A stretch of 64,000 bases of DNA, from positions 310,001 through 374,000 of the forward strand of contig CDRNVI010000029.1 in assembly GCA_977017575.1 (NCBI GenBank), given 5' to 3'. Position numbers and translations under genes: made by a program. The DNA comes from Paramoeba atlantica (Eukaryota; Protista; Discosea). A model generated the notes under the pieces. The model searched no databases and was not told the DNA's origin. It worked only from the letters and a program-made list of their open reading frames with translations. This document shows, piece by piece, positions 1 through 10,960 of the stretch. Each line of letters opens with the position of its first letter. Position 1 is the stretch's first letter.

Positions 1-230
1 TCATTCCCGTTACCCCCTTAGATATCCTAGTACGCTACTTATCCTCTTTTGTGATGAAACCTCTGGGTCACGAGAGGATAAGTAGCGTACTAGTTTACAG
101 AGAAATTATTCAGAATCTTTTCTTAAAAAATTCATTCGTAAAATTTTTAAGAGTTATTATATGTAACTCTTTGTGTATAACTCAGTTATACACAGTTGAT
201 GTGAGGCCCAATGTGAGATTACGAGAGAAT

Positions 231-300
231 ACGTAAGATCATGCGAGATCACGTGAGATCATGCGAGATCACGCGAAATCATGCGAGATCACGCGAGATT
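231..300. repeat. Tandem repeat, 10-bp unit (AYGYGAGATC), about 7 copies
   Basis: acgtaagatc atgcgagatc acgtgagatc atgcgagatc acgcgaaatc atgcgagatc acgcgagatt, read directly. Confidence 0.9.
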
Positions 301-524
301 AAACCCGATTTATACCCGGAGCCCCTTAGTTATATTCAGAAATACATACATGTACATCGGTAGATACAGTTCAATATGAGTGTCAGTACATCAATATCCT
401 ATATTAGTAGTTGAACTACCAAGTTTAACGATCCGCTCTTAGTAGTAGTACTATTGTTTCGAAATGGATTTCTCCGCCACGCTAGTCGCCATTGACATCT
501 CCTTACAACGTGGCAACACCCGAA

Positions 525-848
525 TACTGTACCCCCCCTAGTTATCTGTCCCACGTCACCCCCATAGTTATCTGTCACTTTTTAAAAATAGGCAAAATAC
601 TTTCTTCCAAAAAAAATCAAAAAATGAAACTAACAGTATTTCTTTTTGTGTTTCAAGCGAATGGTCGTGCGTGGTACTATTACAAACCGTTTCTGATTCT
701 ATGTTCTGACTTTTTTTTTGTGACAGAACCCCTCCCTAGTTATCTGTCGCACACTGATCCGCCTAGTTATCTGTCACACCCCTATCCCCCCTAGTTATCT
801 GTCACTACTTTTCGCGAAAAGGTGACAGAAATCTAGGGGGGTACAGTA
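525..848. mobile_element. MITE-like element with imperfect terminal inverted repeats and internal repeats
   Basis: Left end TACTGTACCCCCCCTAGTTATCTGTC mirrors right end GTGACAGAAATCTAGGGGGGTACAGTA. The motif CC(C)TAGTTATCTGTC recurs at about 536, 561, 734, 762 and 789. No coding capacity; TA at both ends. Confidence 0.7.
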
Positions 849-891
849 CGTCCTCATATTTTTCGACCTAGTTTTATTTCCGTTTAACCCC

Positions 892-1353
892 ATGTTTGGT
901 GTTGAAAATGATAACGAAGAGGCTTGGGAGATAGCACTTCACAACTCCTTGTCACAAACCATCAACAAGATGCGATGGGATCAATATATGATTCGTGAAA
1001 ATGTGCGCCGTACCGGAGTAGCAATGCTTCCTGCGTTTCTCGTTGATGGATGCAAATTCGAAATTACTCCAGAGGTAAAATCTCAGAAGCATACGCCGCC
1101 TTTACGTAGATTGGAAGATATCACATCTGAATCTGCACTTCAGATACGACAGTCAGCATTATTGGGGGGTGCGGTAAGCTCAATAGGTCTCGCGGGAGGT
1201 GCTCTCTATTTGGCTAAGACAAAATTGATTTTTTTCGCGTTTGCCCCGTGGATGATAGCACTTTCCTACATATCGTATACAAAGTACGAGGAAGGATCGA
1301 TGGAGCTCAAGTATCTCCGAAAACGTAGTAGTTTACGAAAAAGGTTAAAATAA
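892..1353 (+). CDS. Hypothetical small membrane protein (two C-terminal hydrophobic segments)
   Basis: 153-aa ATG-initiated ORF on the coding strand; hydrophobic stretches ALLGGAVSSIGLAGGALYLA and LIFFAFAPWMIALSYI. Confidence 0.6.
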   Translation: MFGVENDNEEAWEIALHNSLSQTINKMRWDQYMIRENVRRTGVAMLPAFLVDGCKFEITPEVKSQKHTPPLRRLEDITSESALQIRQSALLGGAVSSIGLAGGALYLAKTKLIFFAFAPWMIALSYISYTKYEEGSMELKYLRKRSSLRKRLK

Positions 1354-1935
1354 TTTCACGGCGGTCACGACACAACTAATGAAAAGAAAGAGCAATGCTT
1401 TTTCTTTGCTAATGTTGTTTTAAACAAAACCTATAACCATATCAATGTCCGGTTCCTCCTCATAGGCCTTCCCTGAATTCAGGATATACAGCTTTCATCA
1501 TAATACCACTGTTTCTTTTCAAGGTGCCGAACTTACATACCAGGTGGAGAGCAAATGAATTTTTGAATAAAGCAATCCGAAGAATTTTTTCAAAAAATTC
1601 GCGGGTGTTTCAGCAGCTATCTCGGTAAGGATGGTTATCAGTTAAGGATGGAAAATGAAAACAATAGTTCCACAATTGCCGGTTAGAGTTTCTGTGTCAT
1701 TTTGCGTAAGTTGTGTTAAAAACAAGTGTCAATAAACGTATAGATTGGTCATAAATTTTGATGAACCATACAGAGTAGATTGGCTACACTTAATCTTTAT
1801 TGCAGTCCTGAGCTTATACCCTTACTTGCGGAGGGTATCAGTGGGACTCATGAAAGAAGACCAAAAATAATCAGCAAACTTGGTCGAGGCTGAGTGATCA
1901 AATATAAATTGGGCAAATTTGGGAAAAAAAATGCC

Positions 1936-2012
1936 CAGGAATGTCCAAGAATCCTCAGGAATGTCCAAGAATCCTCAGGAATGTCCAAGAATCCTCAGGA
2001 ATGTCCAAGAAT
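1936..2012. repeat. Tandem repeat, 20-bp unit CAGGAATGTCCAAGAATCCT, about 3.8 copies
   Basis: Perfect copies read directly; the unit is two related 10-mers. Confidence 0.95.
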
Positions 2013-2539
2013 GCGGGGTAGATAAGAAAACCGGCGATGTGGTAGTTTAGATGAGCACTTATTCGAAAGAATTTTCCACTTCTTCATCGGTATGATGCCG
2101 GCCTCGTACACAGATAATGAAATATTTTGGCATTTGTTTGGGGGTTCTATGGGCTTTGCCTGACACAAGCGGCCCCAAGGCATCATACCTTCCGCTGTAC
2201 TTTTGGTGCACCACCACTTCGCGCTCATGTGTTGCGGTGCCTTGTATACTTTCTTGTAGCATATAACTTTAGCAGGGCTACCGGCTTGTGACCTTTCATC
2301 CATTCGATGCATTCCGCCTCGGTACAAAGATCAACTTTGCTTAATGTGAGGCCGCGCCAAGAAGACCCAGAACACCCTTGTCAAGGCATAAAAAATCATT
2401 AAAAGTCTCAAAATGAGCCTAGTAGATTAAAAGGATGATATTTGTTTGGTTCAAAAACGTGAAAAATGTACAGTGTTATGTTTACCGGTGAAATGGTTAT
2501 TAAGGATAAAAGTAATTAAGGCAGAACGGATTTAAAAAC

Positions 2540-3735
2540 TAATTATTGCCTTAATTAGGCTCTTCGTTAAACGCGGTGGTTGTTTTCAACTTAGAAGTCA
2601 CTCATGCTGCGCGCTTCGCATTGAAAACTACCACCGCGTTTAACGAAGAGCCTAAAAAAGAAAATTTGGCCAGGAAAGCTGAAGAAAACGGAAAGATTAT
2701 AGCCAAAAATACCCGATTTTTGGGAAAAAATGGGGTGATTTTTCCGTATTTTAGCTCTCAGAGCACTGAATCCGACATTAGCGCGTGGGAAATCACTCGT
2801 AGGCATGAATGAAAGCCTAGCGAACGTATTGGGTAGAGAATACGACTCCAACCACACCATTCTCTCGACCCAAAAAGGCCCCTTGGGGTCCGAAAAATAC
2901 CTTTTCACCTTTTTTAGTCAAAAATGGGCCATTTTCGCGGGCATAACACGGCTCGAAGAAGAGATTGCCTGCGAAAACAACTGCGCAGAAAGCTAGTGTA
3001 GGTCCCAAGCTATCAAAATACAACAGGCGAAACAATTTTGGAAAAACATTTTTTTTGCCATTTTTTTCGCCAAGTTGAAAATTTTTTCAATTTTTTTTCT
3101 GAAAAAATCCGAACTTGGCGGACCCGTCCTGCGGATACGCGGGGGGGTCACCCCCGCGTAGGGGGGTGGAAAATACGCGCCAAAACCCGGGCTACCGCTT
3201 CTGCGGGTTTGTTATGAAAAATAATTTTTTTGAAAAAAAAATATTCGGGCGGTATGCCCCCCCCTAGACCCCCCATTTTTTTCAATTTTGGACCACCGGA
3301 GCCCCCTTTTATAAATTTTTCTTCTATTATATTACTGTGTTCCTCTTTATAATTTCACTGTTTTTGTTCACTTTTTTTCAATAAGCGAGGGTAGAGCGGT
3401 AGTTTTACAACCACCGCAATTAAAGTTGCCTTAATTAAAGTGGCGCTGATAAAAGCCCGAAACAGTTCTTATTTAACTATTGTCGTTTGTAGCATAAATA
3501 TCATATTTCTGCTAAAAGTGCTCAATTTCTGATCAATTTTCATGTTTTTCGAACTTTTCTAGACGAGCTTCGCCTGTTTCGCCCACATTTACGGTCTTCA
3601 ACAAGTTGAACGTGTGAGAGAAAAGCTAAAACGATCATTGAAAGGAGAAGTCTGAGACGGAATCATGAAATTAATTTTTCCCAATCTTTCCCCCAAAATG
3701 ACAGAAAATTAATTATTGCCTTAATTAAAGCTGCC
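2540..3735. repeat. Non-coding segment with repeated GCCTTAATTA motif and a central GC hairpin (possible decayed element)
   Basis: An 18-bp direct repeat TAATTATTGCCTTAATTA sits at 2540 and 3710, with further GCCTTAATTA copies near 3428 and 3733. Hairpin TACGCGGGGG-GGTCA-CCCCCGCGTA at 3136-3160. Confidence 0.45.
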
Positions 3736-3850
3736 TTAATTAATAAAAAATGTGAAAAAAATATAATCAAGAAAAAGACCAAATTTCCTTCAGTTTCACC
3801 GCAAGCATGTAGTTTGAGAAATCTTCTTGTAATTTACTTCTCTACCTTAC

Positions 3851-4318
3851 ATGGTGTCATTTCAATGCAATGGTTGTGAAGACATTTTCGCGAAACCGAA
3901 AATAAAGAAACACTTAAGTCGCTGTCCAACGAGCTCGTTTTCATGCCTTGATTGCCATAAGGAATTTTCGATTTCCAATGTTCATGACCATACAGAGTGT
4001 ATAAGTGAAGATACTAAGTTTCAGGGCTACTGGAAAACACAAAATTCAGTTGCTGCCGATGCATCAAAAACCAAAGTCAGTACGATTAATCTCAAGTTTC
4101 CCATACAAATTAGAAGTGAACATGTAAAAAGAGCAGCGAATACAGTAGGAAATTCAGGTGCGCGACCGCCGAAGTTAAAAATGTTAACTCGACACGCTCT
4201 CCATACTGCTTTTCTAGAGCAACTTAAAAAAACAGGGTTGTCATTCGAAAATGACATTAAGACTATTGCAGTAGCGAACAACATAGATTTTTCTTCGAGT
4301 CATTCGAAGCACCAGTAA
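3851..4318 (+). CDS. LYAR: LYAR-type C2HC zinc-finger nucleolar protein
   Basis: N-terminus MVSFQCNGCEDIFAKPKIKKH..RC..FSCLDC.K.F......HT.CISE..K matches the zf-LYAR pattern. Confidence 0.85.
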   Translation: MVSFQCNGCEDIFAKPKIKKHLSRCPTSSFSCLDCHKEFSISNVHDHTECISEDTKFQGYWKTQNSVAADASKTKVSTINLKFPIQIRSEHVKRAANTVGNSGARPPKLKMLTRHALHTAFLEQLKKTGLSFENDIKTIAVANNIDFSSSHSKHQ

Positions 4319-4991
4319 TTTTTTCCATTAAGTGCTAAATAGAGTATTTAGCTTGCAATACGTTTAAAATATTTCAATGTAATTGTACTACATGTATGTT
4401 TAAAAGATTTTCAAAGCTCTTAGAAAACACTTTCACCCATTCCCTGCATTGGTCTTCTACGATAATATTTGCGGTACGATAATACCTTGCTACGAAAATC
4501 CGTACTTTTGGAGATTCTGCAGTTGATCTTATGTACGCTGTGCTACCCAGTGCAACCTGTGCTACCCAGTGTTGGAAATTGTACCCAGTGTTACCCATCG
4601 AAACTTTTAAAAAGGCGGACCTGCAGAAGGTCCTTTGGCCACATGATGTAGAGTAATTCTAACGGTAGATAAACACGTATTTTCTACGCTAGTAAAGTAC
4701 TTGTAAAGAGTACTGTAGTTGGTATTGAAGGAGTTGAAATTATTAGCGTTTCGGCAAAGATGAATAATTTTAACCAGAATAGCACCACAATGTTTAATTT
4801 TTTTTTAAACGTATCCAGGCTCTATCCAGGCTTCCGATGGGCCTAGGGGGTGCACACCAACAAAAAACATCTATTTTGTTATTTTGAATTACGACCTACG
4901 AAAGTTGAGACATATGAAATTCGCGCCATTTCTACGTGAATGACCTGTGGTTTCTTTTTAGAGGAAGGAAACTCGTAATAGAGTACCGATT

Positions 4992-7900
4992 TTGCATCGC
5001 AGAAATTTGCGGTCAGCGTTCTCTATGAGAATTCTACGACCCCCCTTCGCAATAAAAAAGAGAACTCATACTGCGTTAGTTCACCAAAAGCCTGGAGAAA
5101 ATGTATACACCTGTATGAACAGTTCGGGATCCTGTTCCTATCCTCTGCCATCTGATGTAATCGGGTACCTTGAGCTTCTCGAGAGGGGTATGTGTCTCAC
5201 TGATTTGGGAAATGGCTTAGTAGCTCATCGTCTTACATGGGGTGCTCCACACCTTTTTTTGTTTGGCTACATTCTTACATTTTTTTGTATGGCACGATAC
5301 GTTATTGGTCCGTATTCTCTGACTTCATATTTGCTCATGATGCATAATAGAATGTGTGCATCAGGCTTGCTATACGACATGATATTTTTGCACTTTAGAA
5401 GGTCCAAAGTATTAGAGCCTGCGCAGCTGAGCACTCGTAGCAACGTGAAAAGTTATGAAATACACATGACTCATTTGATAGCGTTCCATCTTCTCTGCAC
5501 ACTTGCGTGCAAATGGATCCATTTTGCAGTTAGTCGAAAAGCGGAGTGTAGTGCCGAGGTCTCTGACGGTTGGACTAGGACTAGATCCGAACTTCAATTG
5601 CTTGCCCACATATATTTGCCCAAGACAAATACAAACAACGTAGGTGTTTCTAGTCCGACAGAAAATGGTGCACGTTTCTTACAGAAATCATATAAAGTAA
5701 ACTGGATTTCCACATCTGTTTTAACATGTGTCTTACCATTCTGTACAGCGTTCGAGCTCGACCACATAATCTCATTTGTTTGGAAAGCCTGGCGAAGGGG
5801 CCAATCGCATCCGCAAAGAGCGAAATCAATTTTGAAGGCATTAATCCAGAACGTATTCTTAGATTATGCTGTTAGCAGACAGAATATTCAAGAATTTTTA
5901 CTGCACCACGATTGTTTCGTAAAGACTTTGACGATGTTTTCCAATGAACTCACGCATGATTTTGTTAGAAAACTTATTTCAGATTTAGCCTTTCTTGAGA
6001 AATACAGAAAAATAGAAGCGTTCGAAAAGCTTTTCGAGCTGCACGAGATAGTTCGCGCACAGTTTCCTTCAGTCCTTCCACTTTCCCGTCATTTTTATCT
6101 ATTGCTACTCTCGGGACCGGCTTGTCGAATTAGGACACGTTTAGTGGAATTCAAAGATGAAGACCTCCATGAATTTGTAGACTCCTGTTGGGAGGAGCTG
6201 AATCGGTATGTCAAACTGCTTTTAGAATCGTATCCAGAGCAGGTAAATAGAGGTTTTCTCGATGGAGCAGAACTGTGTACTTTGTGTCAAGGTGGGCGAT
6301 TCTTCAGTGTGGCTCGACATCAAGATTACAAACGACAGGTTTGGTTACTACTTGTAGAAAAGTTAAAAAGGGTATTTTCTTTGGGAGGTAGTCGAAATTG
6401 GCTTCTCAAGATATCTAAGAATACTGAATTCCTATTTAACGCTTTCAAGGCGATAGAGGCGTCCTCTGTTGAGGAGGCAGTATTGTTCGCGGGGGATTTG
6501 ATTCGAGTCAGTGAATCTATGGAACGTTCCAAAACACCATTCCTCACGCCTACGTTTTACAGGATAGTGAGCAACTCACCATATCGCTTATTAAAAATTG
6601 ATTTTTGGTGGAAATGCGGGTGCCCATACGATGTGGATGAAATTTCTAGCACATCGGCACATCACAAGAAAAGGAAGTCGGGCATTTTTTCTCCAAGCGA
6701 GTTGTACAGCGTAAACTGGGGCGATAGTTGGCAATGCCATAGTAAAACGCATTCTTTTGAACATCATGAGAATCCTTCCATACGAGGTACGTGCTACTAT
6801 TGTGGTGGCTACACCTGTCCTTGTGGTCGAACTTTTATTGAAGTAACTGACATTGAGGAGTGCCCTACTTGCAAAAGACCGTCACCCTTTTACGCTGGAC
6901 TATCGAAAATAGGTGGATGGTTTTGCACACAGTGCAAGTGCATCGTACTCTCTTCACAATGCTCCAAGTGCCAGAACTATAATAGCAAAGATCTATGGCG
7001 ATGTTCTCAGTGCTGGAGTCAACACTTTCGACGCCAAAAGTTTTCGAGATGTTGCGGCGAGTGTGGCGAACCTGCACCGGGAACCACACTGCAAGAAAGC
7101 CGCCTAATCGAATGTTTTTGCTGTCAAACGTATCATTTTCCTGAAATATTGGAAGAAGAATCTGCGAAAAGGAATCATGCGAATAAACAAGTAAAAAGCA
7201 CCAAATCCACAGATGATTTTCCGGATTCACGGAATTGTTGTAAAAAGTGGATTGGAGCCAATTCAAAAGAGGTTACCGAAAACACTGTAGACTACTTTGT
7301 CTGGCAGTGTGGATGTGGCACGCAGAACCCACCCCATATGTTGTCATGCAGAGAGTGTACTTCGGATGGATTTACTTGTTCTTTCTGTCTTACAGGACAA
7401 AAAACTCGAAAGCACCCCCCGACCGCATCGGCCGAGAATCCCTCTGATTTGAAAATACCAGATGTGTTTCCCGATCGTGCAATGTTGCATCCGTGTCAAA
7501 ATTGTTACGCTGACCATCCTCGGTACATCGCTCGACATCGACCTAATCTGTGGTGGTGTGCAATTTGTTCCCTAGTAAGTTCCTTGCATAATAAGGAATC
7601 GCAATGCCCCCACGTTCCTCGATTCTTGTACACCGATTCATCTTGGACGTGTGTAAATTGTGGCGAATGGAACAACAAACATCTTCCCAAAAATATGAAG
7701 TGCGTCTCAGAGATTGATGTGTGTGTAAGGTGCAACTTCCGTCGACCTTTGGGATACAGTCCAATGATGCAGTGGACTTGTCAACATTGTAATGCTCAAA
7801 GAGTAAGAGGTCCAAGATGTCCCAGATGTTGGGCCCCTCATCCAGGCGTAAATGTACACATTTGGAAGTGCTCGTCGTGTTGGTTGTGGAACCTGAGTTG

Positions 7901-8522
7901 GAGAGCAAAGTGTTTACGTTGCCAGATTCCGCGCTCGTCTTCGAAGAGCGAGACCATGCGCTACGTTTCGTGGCGGTGTACATCCAAGGGTTGTTCTCAA
8001 GATTCACCAGGTGAGCGAATGGGGCGTTGTACACGATTATCTTGCAAGGGAATTCGCCCTGCGGAAACATATCAAAGCACTACGGAGACAGATACGCGTA
8101 CTGAGGTCTTCGTGCAGTATCTTAATCAAGTTCGAGAGTATCTTACACGTACTTTAGGTACTAGTAAGTCGGTTCTCCGAAGTTCGAAGCCCCTAAATTC
8201 AGGTTATACACTGAACTCTGCAGTATACCCCAGTATGCGACTTTGCCAAACCCTAGATAAGATAACAGAAAAACTTAGACCCACACAAAATAGCTCTGCA
8301 TGCAGAACTTCTTCATGTGTACCCGAGCACAAAAAAATGCTTGGAGCTAAGTGCAATGTTATGCCGGTGTCTTTGCAGAACAGTTGTGGTACCTTGCTTG
8401 CGAACCCGGAACACTTCGCATTCACCGAAATTACTGATAAGTTTTGTTCGAAAAAGATGTTTGTCCATGATACACGTGAAGGTTCTTTTGAGTCGTTTCT
8501 AAGAATAATTTTGACCACTTGA
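4992..8522 (+). CDS. Large protein with C-terminal array of C4 (RanBP2-like) zinc ribbons
   Basis: 1176-aa ORF (first ATG at 5025; true start uncertain). Repeated W-x-C-x2-C...C-x2-C motifs: WFCTQC, WRCSQC, WQCGCG, WWCAIC, WTCVNC, WTCQHC, WKCSSC. Confidence 0.75.
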   Translation: MHRRNLRSAFSMRILRPPFAIKKRTHTALVHQKPGENVYTCMNSSGSCSYPLPSDVIGYLELLERGMCLTDLGNGLVAHRLTWGAPHLFLFGYILTFFCMARYVIGPYSLTSYLLMMHNRMCASGLLYDMIFLHFRRSKVLEPAQLSTRSNVKSYEIHMTHLIAFHLLCTLACKWIHFAVSRKAECSAEVSDGWTRTRSELQLLAHIYLPKTNTNNVGVSSPTENGARFLQKSYKVNWISTSVLTCVLPFCTAFELDHIISFVWKAWRRGQSHPQRAKSILKALIQNVFLDYAVSRQNIQEFLLHHDCFVKTLTMFSNELTHDFVRKLISDLAFLEKYRKIEAFEKLFELHEIVRAQFPSVLPLSRHFYLLLLSGPACRIRTRLVEFKDEDLHEFVDSCWEELNRYVKLLLESYPEQVNRGFLDGAELCTLCQGGRFFSVARHQDYKRQVWLLLVEKLKRVFSLGGSRNWLLKISKNTEFLFNAFKAIEASSVEEAVLFAGDLIRVSESMERSKTPFLTPTFYRIVSNSPYRLLKIDFWWKCGCPYDVDEISSTSAHHKKRKSGIFSPSELYSVNWGDSWQCHSKTHSFEHHENPSIRGTCYYCGGYTCPCGRTFIEVTDIEECPTCKRPSPFYAGLSKIGGWFCTQCKCIVLSSQCSKCQNYNSKDLWRCSQCWSQHFRRQKFSRCCGECGEPAPGTTLQESRLIECFCCQTYHFPEILEEESAKRNHANKQVKSTKSTDDFPDSRNCCKKWIGANSKEVTENTVDYFVWQCGCGTQNPPHMLSCRECTSDGFTCSFCLTGQKTRKHPPTASAENPSDLKIPDVFPDRAMLHPCQNCYADHPRYIARHRPNLWWCAICSLVSSLHNKESQCPHVPRFLYTDSSWTCVNCGEWNNKHLPKNMKCVSEIDVCVRCNFRRPLGYSPMMQWTCQHCNAQRVRGPRCPRCWAPHPGVNVHIWKCSSCWLWNLSWRAKCLRCQIPRSSSKSETMRYVSWRCTSKGCSQDSPGERMGRCTRLSCKGIRPAETYQSTTETDTRTEVFVQYLNQVREYLTRTLGTSKSVLRSSKPLNSGYTLNSAVYPSMRLCQTLDKITEKLRPTQNSSACRTSSCVPEHKKMLGAKCNVMPVSLQNSCGTLLANPEHFAFTEITDKFCSKKMFVHDTREGSFESFLRIILTT

Positions 8523-8829
8523 TAAGGTTTGGTTGATAAGATGCAGCATATTTGTCAAATATCTTGGTCAAATTTTGACCAACGTTTCATACATGGAGAG
8601 TTTGTTCAAGAATAGCCACTATTGCTGAAAAAAACAGTGCTTTAAAGCCTATTTTTTCTCTTATGTCGCTGTGGGGGGTTGCATGTCATTAAGTAGCCAT
8701 ATTACTATTTACCTAAATTTGCACTCCTTTTCCGCGTCTTCTGACTTTTTACCTATTTTACCTATAATTTCGAGATTTAGATTTGTACTTGAAAGGCACA
8801 GGTGAACATATAATGGTGTATCGCACCTA

Positions 8830-10494
8830 ATGACGGAAATAGTTAGTACTTTTGCGTGTTCTGGTCACAAGCCACCGCGTATATGGGTTCCGGATGAGAA
8901 AGCTACAAACGGAAAATGGTATCGCATAAAAGATACCTATAACCATGTTGAAGGCAAATGGACTGTGCTCTTAGAAAACCCGTTGCATAGTGAACCTGCG
9001 GGAAAAAAGTTTTGCGAATGTCAGAAACCATTAGATAAAAAGAGAAAGCCAGTTCACGTATGTAATCTCGTACAATATCGTGATTGTGTTCTAGCTCAGA
9101 TAGACAGCACTTTACACCAACCAGTGACTCGAATAAGGCTTATTGCTGTTGCGCTATGTGGCGAGTCCACTTGGTGGCTTGGGAAAAGCCGAGAAAGTGT
9201 CCCACATCCTTCAGCCGAGTTAATCTCAGGACACTACTTATATCCTTTGCGGCAACATGGATCTGGAGGTGGACGCCTCTACTCTGAAAAAAAGCATGAT
9301 ATGAAGGAACGTTTTCAAACACAAGCTATGATTCATACCGACGTCCCATACGAAGCCTTAGGCGGTTTCTACGAAGTTGCTCGTGAAACAGAAAAAGAAC
9401 TTGACATACGCTTTAGGGAACTTTTAAAAAGGGAGAGGTTCGAGGCTGAAAATATGCATTCTGATTCATCGAAAAACCGGTGTACAAGTAAGCTCAAAAA
9501 TGAAGATAGATTAGTCAGGCTAAAAGGCAAAAAACGAAAAAATAATGTAGCCACCGACGAAGTCAGTGAGGAAAAAGTAGGAGACGCCAAATCATCTGTT
9601 AAAAACGAGAGAGATTCTCAAGTGTCAGATAAAAAAGAAAGTGGCCGAATTACAAAAAACGACCAAATTCGATACGCCTTGCAACGAATTAATGCTGACA
9701 CTTGGACATCGTGTCTGATACCGAACTCCAAACAGGAAATGAAGAACATGATTGAGAGTGGTATGCTTGGCGAAACGAATTTGATGCGGCTTGTGAAATG
9801 TTCACCCTCCGTGTTTTGGAGCATTCGGACGGAAGTCTGGCGATGCGTCTTATGCGCCGGTCAGGATGAAACGATTAGTTGTTGCCGCAGCTGTAGACAG
9901 TTTTATCATTTATCACCAACCATAGGATGTCCTGGAAAATTGTTCCATAACTTAAATACCTGTGAAGAATGTTTTTCGATACAACTTGGTGCCGGTTTAC
10001 ATTGGGCTCACGATCCCGTAATGGATAGCTTTTTGGTAGCGATTATGTCTAAGCAGATGCGTGACATGCACGCAGAAAATTTTCGGGATCCTGATCGTTT
10101 ATCTAATGAGAAATTCAAAGATCCGACGCGTAGTAACATAGCTTCAGCACAGTGCCAACAGTCTAGACCCGATTTAGTGAGTGAAGCTTTCGAAACCTCT
10201 AGCAAAGTGTTTCGAACCGATGTTTCCATGAAGAATTCTGTTAACGACGTTGCAATAAAAATGCGTGACTCCGACGGAGCAACAACTACTATTTTATCCG
10301 AAGGAACTCGAACCTTAGAAAATACGACGACAAGTTCAAAGCCCACGAAATTTGGGACATTTCGGAGAATTCTCTTTAGACAGAGAGCTCAAGATTCGGA
10401 TACGTCGCTAAAAATTAAAATTAAAACAAGGGAGAACACAGGGATAGAAGACAATAAGAAAAATCTGAGACTTACTGTCCTTCTTCGAAAATAG
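8830..10494 (+). CDS. PHD-finger-containing nuclear protein
   Basis: 554 aa; C4HC3 pattern CVLC...CCRSC...YH...GC...CEEC; basic NLS-like tracts (KGKKRK). Confidence 0.6.
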   Translation: MTEIVSTFACSGHKPPRIWVPDEKATNGKWYRIKDTYNHVEGKWTVLLENPLHSEPAGKKFCECQKPLDKKRKPVHVCNLVQYRDCVLAQIDSTLHQPVTRIRLIAVALCGESTWWLGKSRESVPHPSAELISGHYLYPLRQHGSGGGRLYSEKKHDMKERFQTQAMIHTDVPYEALGGFYEVARETEKELDIRFRELLKRERFEAENMHSDSSKNRCTSKLKNEDRLVRLKGKKRKNNVATDEVSEEKVGDAKSSVKNERDSQVSDKKESGRITKNDQIRYALQRINADTWTSCLIPNSKQEMKNMIESGMLGETNLMRLVKCSPSVFWSIRTEVWRCVLCAGQDETISCCRSCRQFYHLSPTIGCPGKLFHNLNTCEECFSIQLGAGLHWAHDPVMDSFLVAIMSKQMRDMHAENFRDPDRLSNEKFKDPTRSNIASAQCQQSRPDLVSEAFETSSKVFRTDVSMKNSVNDVAIKMRDSDGATTTILSEGTRTLENTTTSSKPTKFGTFRRILFRQRAQDSDTSLKIKIKTRENTGIEDNKKNLRLTVLLRK

Positions 10495-10960
10495 TATTGC
10501 TGTATTAAATGTGATTTCGTCGTAGATTGGAGTTTGCATATCAATTGGATGTTCACCGTGAAAACTTTAGTGTCACAATGTTTTAAATGACATGTGTGTA
10601 CAACTCTGCTTAACAGAGCTGCACGTGCCATACAGTACAGTAGTGTAGAGTTATGTACAGTGCTTATTCTATTCGTAGACCCTTCCCGTGTTTCCTGCTA
10701 AGTACGCTGAAGCAGGCTGCTTCCTTTAGCTTTTCAGCGAAGCATCCTAATGAATGGTGCCAAAGAATAATCTCTATTAGCAATAGAATGACACATTAGT
10801 ATTATAATATTAGTACTATAGTAACATAATGTCGATCAAGAAAAATGGACGCGGTGACCTAACTTGAGAGGCACTTACCGAAATGATATTAGGTCATGCT
10901 CTGTACTGTTTCCCTATTTCATTCTTAAATCGAATCTTTCAAGATCCGTATTACTAAATT

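Noticed and set aside
525-848. CRISPR-like array from the repeated 15-bp motif
   Set aside because: Eukaryotic context, repeats too short, irregular spacing, no cas genes.
1995-2327. Minus-strand ORFs as a transposase remnant
   Set aside because: No DDE or HTH motif could be identified in any frame I translated.
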